Part shown: positions 49,851 through 59,529 of the stretch, one piece after another | Layout: every line of letters starts with the position of its first letter | Position numbering within the stretch: position 1 is the stretch's first letter | Virus record (IMG/VR): IMGVR_UViG_3300043540_000321 | Coordinates: 131,212-195,211 of that record | Strand: one strand, 5' to 3' | From: a virus | DNA length: 64,000 bases | Program-made: the position numbers and the translations under genes | The notes under the pieces: model-generated | What the model saw: the letters and a program-made list of their open reading frames with translations, nothing else | Database searches by the model: none | What the model was told of the DNA's origin: nothing

Positions 49851-50193
49851 CTGAGAATAAGTTTGTCGAAGTTGGCGGTAAAGTCGAGCTAGTCTATCCT
49901 AGAGGGACTTCTTCGTGGGCATATGACGGGTCTGGACGGTTGAAACGGAGCAAGAAAAACTACGCTCAGGCAACCTTTCAAACTGGCAAGCAATTCAACG
50001 CTGACCTCAACGGCTCCTACAATATCGGTGCCCGATACTGGGCATACAAACTTAAGCTGGCGTACAGAAATGGTCGTCAGTTGTCTTCCAGCAAAAGCTC
50101 TGGAGACAAACAGAGAATGCCTGTTACCCTGTCTCAACTTTGGGATAGGGAAGCCGCTTATGTACGCTCTGCGTCATGAGTCGGTGCATTCAC
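49850..50193 (+). mobile_element. 3' fragment of a different tnpB family with right end
   Basis: VYPRGTSSWAYDGSG...NADLNGSYNIGARY; end GAAGCCGC...TCGGTGCATTCAC. Confidence 0.8.
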
Positions 50194-50248
50194 CAGTGAG
50201 GTGTGGGAGTTCGCAGTATCCGTAACAGAAGAATTGTAGGAGAAAATC

Positions 50249-50841
50249 ATGACCAGAAAAATTGATAGACGCGCCGTTGAACTTCTTTGCGTCGACCCTT
50301 TGATCACAAAAGTTAATGGTGAGCTTTATGTGGGGTTAAGAGAAAGTTTCTTGACCGACTATAGAGAGGTACCTCCAACCTCTTACGAGGTGGAGTTCTT
50401 GCCAGGAGAACTCCCTCCAAACAGGAACCGGCTAAACACTCTGGTTCCTTGGCAGTATCGAGACCTCAATATCCTCTGGCCCTCAGTACCCATTCAGTAG
50501 CGTCGACATATATGAAGTCTAGAGTCTACCGTCTCTTATTAGAAGCCCTTAGACGTTACTGCCAGTTCCACTCGGGTGAGCCTCTCACCCAGGCGTGGAC
50601 AGGATTAGGCACCCTCACTGAGTATAAATCAGTTCTGGATGAGGGATATATGCAGCCCGCCCTCCTGATGGGCCAGTACAACGCTGGCCCGCACAGACCG
50701 AGGGAGAACAGTTGGTTCAGGTTAACCGAGAAGGGAGCCGAGATCGTCCAGAGTTGGATGGACCAGGGGTTCACCCACGAGGATATCCTCGACTTTTATT
50801 TCTCTCGTAGTAGCAACCTTCCGCCCATACCCAGACCATGA
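50249..50841 (+). other. Two hypothetical genes
   Basis: ORFs 50249-50500 and ~50512-50841. Confidence 0.6.
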
Positions 50842-51371
50842 ACTATTCCACTAAAACCTATCCAAGGGCGTACTTCGCCGATTTAGATGCCTATAATGCC
50901 GGTCGCTTAAAAGGAGTCTGGATAGACTTCTATGATCACATCACTCCGGATGAGGTGATGGAGCAGGTAGAAGAGATGCTCGGCCCCGATGGCGAAGAGT
51001 GGGCTATCCACGATAGCGAAGGGTTCGGCGACCTGGTGTCTGAATACATGGCGATCGACTTACTCTGTGACATTGCAGAGCTGATCAACCAGCGGGGAGA
51101 GGATGCCGTCGTTGGATTTATAAACCACAGTGGGGTTGAATACCTCTCTGAGTTTGAGAATTGTTACGTTGGAGAGTACGAATCGGAAGAGGAGTTTGTT
51201 GAAGAACACTTCTCCGAGTTGTTAGACAAGGCTCTCGACATTGAGTTCCCCTGGGGGAGTCGACTCTTCTCTTACGTGGACTTGCAAGCGATCGCCAATG
51301 ATTGTTTCTGCGGCGATTACTGGAGCTACGAGCCGCATTACGGCCAGTGCCATGTTTACATCAGTAGCTAA
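50838..51371 (+). CDS. ardA: Antirestriction protein ArdA
   Basis: AYFADLDAYNAGRLKGVWID...EEWAIHDSEGF; acidic composition. Confidence 0.9.
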   Translation: MNYSTKTYPRAYFADLDAYNAGRLKGVWIDFYDHITPDEVMEQVEEMLGPDGEEWAIHDSEGFGDLVSEYMAIDLLCDIAELINQRGEDAVVGFINHSGVEYLSEFENCYVGEYESEEEFVEEHFSELLDKALDIEFPWGSRLFSYVDLQAIANDCFCGDYWSYEPHYGQCHVYISS

Positions 51372-51604
51372 GGCTCAGATTCTGGTGCGAGAGCATCGAA
51401 AGAGGTTGGATGCTCTACTTATAGAATTCATGCGGCTCCAGGGCTGGCCTATCACACCGGAGTATATCCAAGCCCATTTGAGTATCGGTTATCCCGCCTC
51501 TGATATCATCCACGTCTGGCATGATGGAGAGGTAGTCCTCGAATTAAAGACGCGGTGGGAATACTCGCAAACATCTATCAAGTTCACCATTCAAGTAAAC
51601 GACG

Positions 51605-52045
51605 ATGAAATTTGATTTAGACAACACTTACTGGGACAACAACGGCCGGTTTACAAACCAATCTAGAGTCCTCAAATCGATGATTTCTATTTTTGGAGGC
51701 TGCGATAAAAGGCTCCTGGAGTTCTTCCGAATCGTTTCAAATACCTATTACGACATCTATAACAACGGAGCCTGCAACCCCGAAAGGTTCCAGCCTCTCG
51801 AAGCCGCACTTCGCCTTTATGCTAATGACCTTCGAGCCCTGGACTCTAGTTACCCCGCGCAATTCAATGAACTGATTGAGTGGATAAGCAGAGCAGCGAA
51901 CAATAACGACTTCGACTACATTCTGCAGTACTTAGACGGTCTAACTGAGGATGAGTTCAAAGTACTGCAGCAGATGGAGCGCCTTGTCGATCTGGCAACC
52001 GCACTTGCCTGGAAAGAACACACAGGGGAAGACCTGACCGCTTAG
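51605..52045 (+). CDS. Hypothetical protein
   Basis: TYWDNNGRF...YYDIYNNG; terminator at 52064-52106. Confidence 0.7.
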   Translation: MKFDLDNTYWDNNGRFTNQSRVLKSMISIFGGCDKRLLEFFRIVSNTYYDIYNNGACNPERFQPLEAALRLYANDLRALDSSYPAQFNELIEWISRAANNNDFDYILQYLDGLTEDEFKVLQQMERLVDLATALAWKEHTGEDLTA

Positions 52046-52104
52046 TAGCTACTGGTTTCCATTACATAGGAGATGACCTTTCCAGGCATCTCCTATGTCT
52101 TTTT

Positions 52105-52686
52105 TTGAAGAAAATTCTGATTCTATTTCTGCTCGGCGTTTTAGTATTTCTTCCAGTCCAGTCTGCTCAGGCTGGAAAAACCCCGCTGTGGTACGTGACG
52201 GATTCAAGTGATGAGTACTCGTCCTTGCCTCAAGGGTATTTAACCTGTTACAGACAACCGCCTTTCTTCACCTCTTCTAAAGTCACTCTGCACTTAGACC
52301 GATATGTTAACGGCGGGCACACGGAGCTTCAAAAAGTTTACGCCGGCGTTTACGTGGCTCCATATGGTGGAATAACGTACTTCGACAAACATCCTCCACA
52401 GTTCGGGGGATATCAGAGCAGTCGAAATATAGGCAGTGGGATACTCGTGGCATTTCAAGTTCGGATGCCTGTAGACACCAAGCAAAGAAATGTTCTCACG
52501 ACAGACAAGGGTTACAACCCTATCAAGGGAAGACTGTACCCGGGACAGATCTCGTTAGATGTTCCCGCTGTAAACTGCGAGGGGATATTATACGATAGGG
52601 TGCCAGTTACCGTCAAAAATCCCGTTCAGAAGATGGAAGCGCCTGTTGAAGCGCCCGAGCCACCTATTTCTGTTCCTGTACCTTAA
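52105..52686 (+). CDS. Secreted two-Cys family protein
   Basis: Signal peptide ...QSAQA; QGYLTC and VPAVNC are the only Cys. Confidence 0.7.
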   Translation: MKKILILFLLGVLVFLPVQSAQAGKTPLWYVTDSSDEYSSLPQGYLTCYRQPPFFTSSKVTLHLDRYVNGGHTELQKVYAGVYVAPYGGITYFDKHPPQFGGYQSSRNIGSGILVAFQVRMPVDTKQRNVLTTDKGYNPIKGRLYPGQISLDVPAVNCEGILYDRVPVTVKNPVQKMEAPVEAPEPPISVPVP

Positions 52687-52694
52687 GACTAACC

Positions 52695-53231
52695 ATGCTA
52701 ACACTCAGCCCTTCCGAGCCAGTGCCGCCTTACCTCGAGCTAAAACTGGTTCGGAAGTTTTTTGAAGATGGAAAGACCGCAATAGTAGAGGATGTGGTGC
52801 CGAGAAAACTCTCAACGGCTGAGAGGTTCCTATATGAACATCGCCAGCGAGTCGAGGGACCAGTTTACTATCCGACCAACACACACGGGGAGTTTCTTAT
52901 CAGTCGGAAAAAGACCCTCTTTCTATGCGAAGTACCTCCGACCGACTACGACTTTGTTATAGAGTTCCTTATTACAGCCGACCTGGCTGTGATGGACGCG
53001 GACTCTTTCAAAGTCCTCCGCTGTTTATTAAATGTGTCGTCTGCTCAAGAAGCATTTGACCGACTAGAAGAGTTCCCAGGCTACAAGGGAGTTTACTACA
53101 AGGCAAGGAGTGGAAAGACTTTGGTCGCGTTGAGTCCCAAAGTCGACTTAGATTTTACGCCTTCTTATCGAGAGTACCTTAATGGAAGTGCTCAGTTCCT
53201 GCCCGAAACGGCCTTCGCGAACTATCATTAG
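52695..53231 (+). CDS. Hypothetical protein
   Basis: 178-aa ORF convergent with the Dps-like gene. Confidence 0.65.
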   Translation: MLTLSPSEPVPPYLELKLVRKFFEDGKTAIVEDVVPRKLSTAERFLYEHRQRVEGPVYYPTNTHGEFLISRKKTLFLCEVPPTDYDFVIEFLITADLAVMDADSFKVLRCLLNVSSAQEAFDRLEEFPGYKGVYYKARSGKTLVALSPKVDLDFTPSYREYLNGSAQFLPETAFANYH

Positions 53232-53740
53232 CTCGCTTTAGATGCAAACGAGGTGCTGAGTTGAGAGTGCAGAAGATATAACCACGACTCAACCAGCACC
53301 ATCAGGTCTCCAATCAAGGTGTTCGTCCCTAAGAGTTCAGGCTCTCTCGATAGCCGAGCCACTTCAATTAAATTATCATGGAGGGCGACTGCGTCTACCA
53401 TCACCAGCCTCATGTAGGAGATCCCTTTACTCGGTTTTGGAATCGTCGCTCCCTGGGCAAACGCTTCGGCATCGTCTGGTAGTTTGATACCGTAGCATCC
53501 CCGGATGTGCTCTCCCAACCCATCAATCTCTTCACCCGCCTCGTTATAAATTCGCTCCAGTAAGAGATGGGCGGTAAAGAATTCCTGCCCAGGCTCGCTC
53601 GTAATGTTGCGGTGCGCGGACTGGGTGATCGCATAGAACTGCTGCCAGTTGCAGTAGAGATTTATTAAAAACTTCTCCAGCTCCGGGCGAGGCTCGCTCA
53701 GAACAATTAGCTGGTCATCTTTAATTACAAATCGGTTCAT
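53228..53740 (-). CDS. dps: Dps/ferritin-like protein
   Basis: AHRNITS...FFTAHLLLERIY...IDGLGEHIRG matches the Dps H-W-N...F..LH..FE..Y...D..AER pattern. Confidence 0.75.
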   Translation of the reverse strand: MNRFVIKDDQLIVLSEPRPELEKFLINLYCNWQQFYAITQSAHRNITSEPGQEFFTAHLLLERIYNEAGEEIDGLGEHIRGCYGIKLPDDAEAFAQGATIPKPSKGISYMRLVMVDAVALHDNLIEVARLSREPELLGTNTLIGDLMVLVESWLYLLHSQLSTSFASKAS

Positions 53741-53814
53741 GAAATTTACCGAGCGTTTCTTTTATTAAATTTCGCTGAACTATCCAAATTGCACTCAATC
53801 TAGGAGGTTGCACT

Positions 53815-54051
53815 ATGGTCATTAACTATGAGTTAGCACGACAATTAATTAGCAAGCACCTCCGCCCTCTGAAAGAAAACCAGACGGCGTGGTGGGCATA
53901 CCTGCGATCGCCGGAGTTCCGGGTTGGATTGCAGGATTCATTCTTCCTGATCTGGTCGGAGGAGCCGTCCGAACAAGACAACTCTTGGTACGCGATAGGC
54001 TACCGACTCGGACAGGAAATTCAGGCACTTGAAGGTATCGATTGCGATTGA
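53815..54051 (+). CDS. Hypothetical gene whose stop is supplied by the IS605 right end
   Basis: AGGAGG SD; TGA 54049-54051 lies inside the element end TTGACATC. Confidence 0.6.
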   Translation: MVINYELARQLISKHLRPLKENQTAWWAYLRSPEFRVGLQDSFFLIWSEEPSEQDNSWYAIGYRLGQEIQALEGIDCD

Positions 54052-54105
54052 CATCCTCTACGACCAACCCTACGGGTATGGACGCAGATTCCGGGAGTTG
54101 ATTAC

Positions 54106-55509
54106 TCATGCTCCCCTCCGCTCAATCAAGGACTGAGGGTTCCCCGGCTCACCAGCTAACGCCAGTGATAACTCCAAGGGCGTACTTTTACCCAGTTTTA
54201 CGGGGACTCCGCATACTGCATCTAACGAAATACCAAGCTCCATCATGCCTCTAAGCCTGAGATTAGATGAGGCGTTTGTGTCTGCGTCATCTAACTTGCC
54301 GCAGCTTTCACAGAGGAACTTTTCATCCTCCCGATTGGTGGGGCTAACAAAGTGACAGTCTGAGCATTCCTGAGACGATTGGTATGGGTTGGTACTCCAG
54401 ACGAGATTGCCTGACTTTGCAGCCACAGCCATCGACTTCTGTTTAAGTTCGCCCCATGCCGCATCTAGGATCGCCTTGTTCAGACCAGCTTTCGCCGCCT
54501 GACCATTGCCAATAAAGTTGCCCTTTTCATCCTGTTTCGGTTTGCACCGCTTCACCATCCCTTTGATATTGAGATCCTCAAAAATCAAACATTGCGCCTG
54601 ACGATTGAGCTTGTTAGCAACCTTCCACTGGTAATCCGTGCGTCGTTGCTCTACCGTCTGGTCTAATCGCGCTAACCGTTGATAGGCTTTGCGTCGATTG
54701 TTTGACCCTTTCACCTTGCGACTGGCACGACGCTGCCGAATACGTTTACGTCGCTCTACTTGTTGAGCAAAGCGAGGATTAGCAATCATCTCGCCCGTAC
54801 TCAGTGCTGCCAGCTTGCGAACGCCCACATCGACTCCTAAGACGGTTTTCACTTCGCTCGGTTGCAGGGTTGGGATAGTGGGTACATCTTTGTTTTCCAG
54901 TCTCACTGACATATACCAGCCATCGACTTTACGCCTGACTGTGACCGTTCGCACGGTATACCCTTCAGGTATCGGGCGGGATCTGAAAAAACACGTCCAC
55001 CCGATACCAGGTAAGTACGCTCGGTTGCCGTTGAGCTTGGCAACGCCAGGGGGATAGCTGAAGGAGCGAAAGTGGCTGCGACGCTTGAAAGCAGGATAAC
55101 CACGCCCATGCTCAAAAAAGTTCTTGAAGGCTGTATCTAGCTGTCTGAGGGTTTGCTGCGTCGCCTGAGCATTGACCCGTTTATACCAGGGACGCGATTC
55201 CTTCATGTCCAGCAGTGAGGCACATTGCATCTCAAACGCACTACGCCGCTTGTGGTTGCCGTCTCTGTCTACCTTCCAGGGGTAAGCGTGACTGGCAGAT
55301 TTGCTCACAGAGCAGGTTAAAGGACAGCACTCACCTTGATTATCGAGGCGACAAAAATCACCCATGACCGGGGCCTTAACCTGTTCGTATGCCTCCATTC
55401 GCTCTCTGAGTGCGAAGTTGTACAGCCCACGCAGCATATCGAGCCAGTCACTCATTGTTTGTGACTGGCGGGGAGAAGGCTTGAGTTTATAGCAATACGC
55501 GGTTAGCAT
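54106..55509 (-). CDS. tnpB: TnpB RNA-guided nuclease
   Basis: Start MLTAYCYKLKP (55509); GVDVG, FEDLNI, DADTNA; intact CSDC/CESC zinc finger. Confidence 0.95.
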   Translation of the reverse strand: MLTAYCYKLKPSPRQSQTMSDWLDMLRGLYNFALRERMEAYEQVKAPVMGDFCRLDNQGECCPLTCSVSKSASHAYPWKVDRDGNHKRRSAFEMQCASLLDMKESRPWYKRVNAQATQQTLRQLDTAFKNFFEHGRGYPAFKRRSHFRSFSYPPGVAKLNGNRAYLPGIGWTCFFRSRPIPEGYTVRTVTVRRKVDGWYMSVRLENKDVPTIPTLQPSEVKTVLGVDVGVRKLAALSTGEMIANPRFAQQVERRKRIRQRRASRKVKGSNNRRKAYQRLARLDQTVEQRRTDYQWKVANKLNRQAQCLIFEDLNIKGMVKRCKPKQDEKGNFIGNGQAAKAGLNKAILDAAWGELKQKSMAVAAKSGNLVWSTNPYQSSQECSDCHFVSPTNREDEKFLCESCGKLDDADTNASSNLRLRGMMELGISLDAVCGVPVKLGKSTPLELSLALAGEPGNPQSLIERRGA

Positions 55510-55537
55510 GGAACCATTATAGCCATTTAGCCCTACC

Positions 55538-55936
55538 ATGCGTAAGTATTCTGGTGGAACTGTTTCAGACTTAAGGATGCACTTAGTCCTAGTAACAAAA
55601 TATCGTCGTAAAGTCATCACAAAAACCGTACTGGAACGCTTGCATGAACTCATTGCGGCTACTTGTGCAAAATGGGACTGCGAGTTGCAGCAGTTCAATG
55701 GCGAACGCAACCATGTGCATCTGCTGATTGAATACACACCCAAAATGGAAATCTCAAAGTTTGCCAACAACCTCAAAACCGTGAGCAGTCGGCTCATCCG
55801 CAAAGAGTTCCCGGCGGTCAAAGACGCATTCAGAAAGGATGTTTTCTGGAAGGTTGGGTACTACGTCGGCTCTTGTGGTGAGGCATCATTAGAAGCTGTG
55901 AAGCGCTATATCGAACAGCAAGACCCTCCCGACTAA
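55538..55936 (+). CDS. tnpA: IS200-type Y1 transposase TnpA
   Basis: HLVLVTKYRR, NHVHLL, FWKVGYY, YIEQQ. Confidence 0.95.
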   Translation: MRKYSGGTVSDLRMHLVLVTKYRRKVITKTVLERLHELIAATCAKWDCELQQFNGERNHVHLLIEYTPKMEISKFANNLKTVSSRLIRKEFPAVKDAFRKDVFWKVGYYVGSCGEASLEAVKRYIEQQDPPD

Positions 55937-56174
55937 CGGCGTGAGAGTGTGGTGGTTTCCGTGCCTCCAACCACCCGCCTATCCCCCATACGACCAAACG
56001 GAGTACCGTTATGGTCGCAGCACTCCGGCGATTGCGAGTAGCACTATGACCGAGAAAACCATCCGGCTCCCACGCAAGGAGCCCTCAAATTCGCTAGAGA
56101 AACGTTGGCAGTCTTCCCGATATACCGGGCGTACCACTGGGTATGAGGTTCGGAACGGGCAGACTGTCGGCGGC

Positions 56175-56204
56175 GGGCGGAAGAGGAAAGGGCGGAAGAG
56201 GAAA
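56175..56204 (+). repeat. 15-bp tandem duplication
   Basis: GGGCGGAAGAGGAAA x2. Confidence 0.9.
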
Positions 56205-56219
56205 TGATCCTCTCAACCG

Positions 56220-56242
56220 GGGTTATAATTGTGTTATAACCC
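56220..56242. promoter_or_regulatory. Palindromic operator upstream of the TA module
   Basis: GGGTTATAA-TTGTG-TTATAACCC, 16 bp before the antitoxin ATG. Confidence 0.7.
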
Positions 56243-56258
56243 CGCCTACTTTTAAGTT

Positions 56259-56516
56259 ATGTCTTCAGATGAAATTAAGGGAGATAAATTTGTGGCAGTA
56301 TTAAAAGTTAGGAGAGTGGGCAACTCCCTCGGAGTAACTTTGCCTCAAGAAGTTATTGGGAAATTGAATGTGAGTGAAGGCGACAACCTCTATGTGGTTG
56401 AGACGCCTACCGGACTTGAGATGTCTCCTCTTGACCCAGACTTTGAAGCTTCCATGCAGGCTTATGAACGAACAGAGAAGAAGTTTCGGAACGCCTTTCG
56501 TGAGTTAGCCAAATGA
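56259..56516 (+). CDS. AbrB/MazE-fold antitoxin
   Basis: LKVRRVGNSLGVTLPQE...GDNLYV. Confidence 0.9.
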   Translation: MSSDEIKGDKFVAVLKVRRVGNSLGVTLPQEVIGKLNVSEGDNLYVVETPTGLEMSPLDPDFEASMQAYERTEKKFRNAFRELAK

Positions 56517-56917
56517 AAGAGCCTGCTTGGCTATCTGAAAAGTCGGTCAGAGAGATTCACTGCCGACTCATCCATCGTTTTGGTGGAGAGCAAGGTTTGT
56601 TGGACGAGGGTCGATTCAAAGCGACCCTTGCAAAGCCTATCAATCTTTACGTCTACGGCGAGGATGTTGGGCTATTCGACCTGGCGGCTGCCTACGGCTA
56701 CGGATTTATCAAAAACCACTGCTTCATAGACGGGAACAAGAGGATAGCCGTTGCCTGTATTGATGTGTTCTTACAGAAGAACGGCTGGGAATTAGTAGCA
56801 GAAGAGCCTGCAGTTGTTCTCTACTTTCTGGAACTGGCGGCATCATCAGGCTCGTCTGAAGAACAACAGAATGCCTTGGCTCAGTGGATTAAGACTCACG
56901 CCCAGAAGCTTAGCTAG
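56513..56917 (+). CDS. doc: Doc/Fic-family toxin
   Basis: HCFIDGNKRIA Fic motif; ATGA coupling to the antitoxin. Confidence 0.92.
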   Translation: MKEPAWLSEKSVREIHCRLIHRFGGEQGLLDEGRFKATLAKPINLYVYGEDVGLFDLAAAYGYGFIKNHCFIDGNKRIAVACIDVFLQKNGWELVAEEPAVVLYFLELAASSGSSEEQQNALAQWIKTHAQKLS

Positions 56918-57185
56918 TCTTCCTTCTTCTCTTGATCGGAGGAGCGATCGCTGAAACTATCGCCCTTCAAAAAGGCACAGATGAGGAACGCCATCCCAAT
57001 CACCAGGGGAATCGTCAGAGCAGCGAGGATGTAAGCGAGGATTGTACCTATTGTGAACAGCATAAAAATGGAGGAGAACCTGTCTCCTCCATTTCAACGT
57101 GCAGATGTGGTCGAAAAGTTTGCGCTAGAACCAGAGCCTTGTTATAACTAGATCGCGCCTTTCTCTATCCTAAGTAGACAAGAAA

Positions 57186-57824
57186 TTGTTAGAACTGGAA
57201 TTCCTATTTTCAGCCTTTTACTTCCATTCAGGAGTATCCCTGAGGACTGAAGATATTATTGAGATTATCGATGATAGAGCGTCTGTTTGCGTCCAGACTG
57301 CGTGGCAATCACTCAGACTTACTCTCAGCAGCTCTTATAAGATGAGAAAGTTTCTGCATGAGTTAGAGCCTTCTAACGAAATGCTCGAAGAAATTGAGGA
57401 TTATGTTAATAAAAAGCAGCTAACCGATGATGCTGGACTAAATCTACAAGAAGAGTTAAAGGATTTTACACAGAGACTCAAGAAGCATTATCTTTGGGGG
57501 CGATCGGAGCGGAACAAGGGTATTCATCGAGAGCTAAATCAATTTATAGTTCAGCATTGTCCAGTAAACTCACTTTTATACGACACTCGCCATAACAGCA
57601 AATGTCAGGAGATCTTACGGAGTAAGAATCTACCTTTCTTTAGCGGGTTCAATATAGTGTCTGTTCCAGGACCAGAGGTAAGAGTCTACAAATTTGTAGA
57701 CTCTTACCCTGAAATGTATCTGGTGGTTCATCCTTCGTTCTTTGAACCTTCTGCCTTTACAGAAGAGAGCGTTGAGAACATGAGGAGGTCTTTAGACTCA
57801 TCGAGCCTGATTATTTCTGATTAA
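57186..57824 (+). CDS. Hypothetical protein
   Basis: 212-aa ORF; true start uncertain. Confidence 0.55.
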   Translation: MLELEFLFSAFYFHSGVSLRTEDIIEIIDDRASVCVQTAWQSLRLTLSSSYKMRKFLHELEPSNEMLEEIEDYVNKKQLTDDAGLNLQEELKDFTQRLKKHYLWGRSERNKGIHRELNQFIVQHCPVNSLLYDTRHNSKCQEILRSKNLPFFSGFNIVSVPGPEVRVYKFVDSYPEMYLVVHPSFFEPSAFTEESVENMRRSLDSSSLIISD

Positions 57825-58654
57825 GGAGCTGGGCAGACATCCAAGAGAATGCACGCTGCTCCGCCAAGACCCTCTCCTGCTGCCTCTATCCCAAACAAAA
57901 ACCAGCCTGGGGCTTTTTCAGCCAGGACATCGGCGGTTAACTGTCCTGCATAAGTCAAAGGAATTGGAGAACCTGTCTGTAGTGAAAGACCTGTAGCAAT
58001 AGCCAAGTCCTTCGTATACTTACTGTCGGTAGCGTTACCAAAGGCAAACTCTTCTTGTTGTTTGAGCTTCGGATAACAGGTGACTGTTGGGACTGAACCT
58101 ACCACAGGCACGAAGTTATCATTAATGACTTGACCAACTACGATATCTGCGTTTCTTGTAACCAACCCACTCTTTTGAAACTGATGGGTGTCAATAAGAT
58201 TAACAATTGAGTCTAGAGTTGCTTGGGTCGGGACGGCTATAGGATTAGGACTTTTAGCTCTAACGCGCACTTCGGTAGTCAACGGTTTATCAAAACCAGG
58301 AAACTCCTGGAGGCGACCCTCACCGCCGGTTATAGGTAACTCTTGACCCCCCAACTTCACAACAGCAGATATAGACTCTATACCTATACCTATCTGTTTG
58401 AGGTGGTTTTTAACCTCAACGCTTACAAATACCGTGGGTATATTGTCTTTGCTTACTGAGCACTGCATAGTGCCCTCTGTCCAAGGTATATAGAAACCCC
58501 CAGGACCGGTTGGAACATGTGGATCGTACTCGACGATGGTGATGTCTGGCATAGCAGAAGACGCATCATAGGCCCAGGCTGGCTTTGAATTCGAAACAAT
58601 CCCAGCTACTAGAAGCAAGCAGGATAGGATACTCGCTATTATTCTTTTGAACAT
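57821..58654 (-). CDS. Secreted two-Cys family protein with hydrophobic Gly/Ala C-terminal tail
   Basis: Signal ...KPAWA; EGTMQC and VPTVTC separated by 127 aa; tail ...GEGLGGAACILLDVC. Confidence 0.75.
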   Translation of the reverse strand: MFKRIIASILSCLLLVAGIVSNSKPAWAYDASSAMPDITIVEYDPHVPTGPGGFYIPWTEGTMQCSVSKDNIPTVFVSVEVKNHLKQIGIGIESISAVVKLGGQELPITGGEGRLQEFPGFDKPLTTEVRVRAKSPNPIAVPTQATLDSIVNLIDTHQFQKSGLVTRNADIVVGQVINDNFVPVVGSVPTVTCYPKLKQQEEFAFGNATDSKYTKDLAIATGLSLQTGSPIPLTYAGQLTADVLAEKAPGWFLFGIEAAGEGLGGAACILLDVCPAP

Positions 58655-58899
58655 TCAATAACTCCTTAAAGCTTCAACCTAATTAGAAGGCAAGGTCCTA
58701 CGCGAAAAATGCGCGTCGATTCCAATGAAAAAAGGGAGTGAATAATCACTCCCTTTCCAAATGTTTTCTAGATGGCTAAAGTCCGATGGAAGACTGCGCT
58801 CTGACTGTTTAGTCGTTTCGACTTTATGAAAGATGAACAGATACTGGATATCAGCGTCAGCTAACGTGATGGAGACTATTCAACAACCTCAAAAAAAAT

Positions 58900-59526
58900 A
58901 TGATAACCAAACTTAAAGCGTTACTTGTGGCATGTTTTGCTGTGGTAGTGTTTCTAGTTGGAATGACTCCAGCACTCGCTCAAAACAGTGCAGCGAGAAC
59001 TCACATCTATGCGTTTATACCAGGGTCTAGTCCAGAAGAAACAGGCGCATGGGTAGCTGAGGGAGATATTACCTGCTTACCGAGTCACGGTTGGGGGTTA
59101 GGACACCTATATAAAGCAACCCTTCTTGGGTTTAACACGGCAGAGGTAAGAGGTACGATGAGGGGTTATGAATATACCCCAGGCCATTACGAAAAGTTCA
59201 GTGAGTTTTATATAGACCTTCAGCCTGACTACTCAAAGCTTCCTCTACACTTCGCCTGGCCCGGTAATTCACCCAGTGTGCTTCGATACAACTGGCATCT
59301 ACTAAACACTCAACAAGGTAAAGGTTATAATATGACAACTCTACCAGGTCTTCCCAAAGATCAAGCTGGGAGTTCATCGTTTGCTTTATCTGTTCAGCTC
59401 GCCCAAGTCGCTCCTTTGATCCTGGAGAACAGCTATTTATTCACAAATAATGTCGGAGCTGTTCCAATCGGTGATCGTAATGGAAGGACAAATTTCAAAT
59501 TGTCTTGCCAACTTTACTTTCCCTGA
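58900..59526 (+). CDS. Secreted two-Cys family protein
   Basis: Signal ...TPALA; EGDITC and FKLSC are the only mature Cys. Confidence 0.7.
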   Translation: MITKLKALLVACFAVVVFLVGMTPALAQNSAARTHIYAFIPGSSPEETGAWVAEGDITCLPSHGWGLGHLYKATLLGFNTAEVRGTMRGYEYTPGHYEKFSEFYIDLQPDYSKLPLHFAWPGNSPSVLRYNWHLLNTQQGKGYNMTTLPGLPKDQAGSSSFALSVQLAQVAPLILENSYLFTNNVGAVPIGDRNGRTNFKLSCQLYFP

Positions 59527-59529
59527 CCT

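Larger units (their letters stand above)
54048..55965 (-). mobile_element. Complete IS605-group element (tnpB on -, tnpA on +)
   Basis: Right end ...GAGGATGTCAA at 54048; left boundary approximate (~55965). Confidence 0.85.

Noticed and set aside
54106-55821. 571-aa TnpB with a long N-terminal extension
   Set aside because: The extension is the antisense of tnpA; the TnpB-like sequence starts at ATG 55509
54039-56037. CGATTGCGA on both sides of the second IS605 as a target duplication
   Set aside because: IS200/605 elements make no duplications, and the right copy lies ~60 bp outside the inferred end
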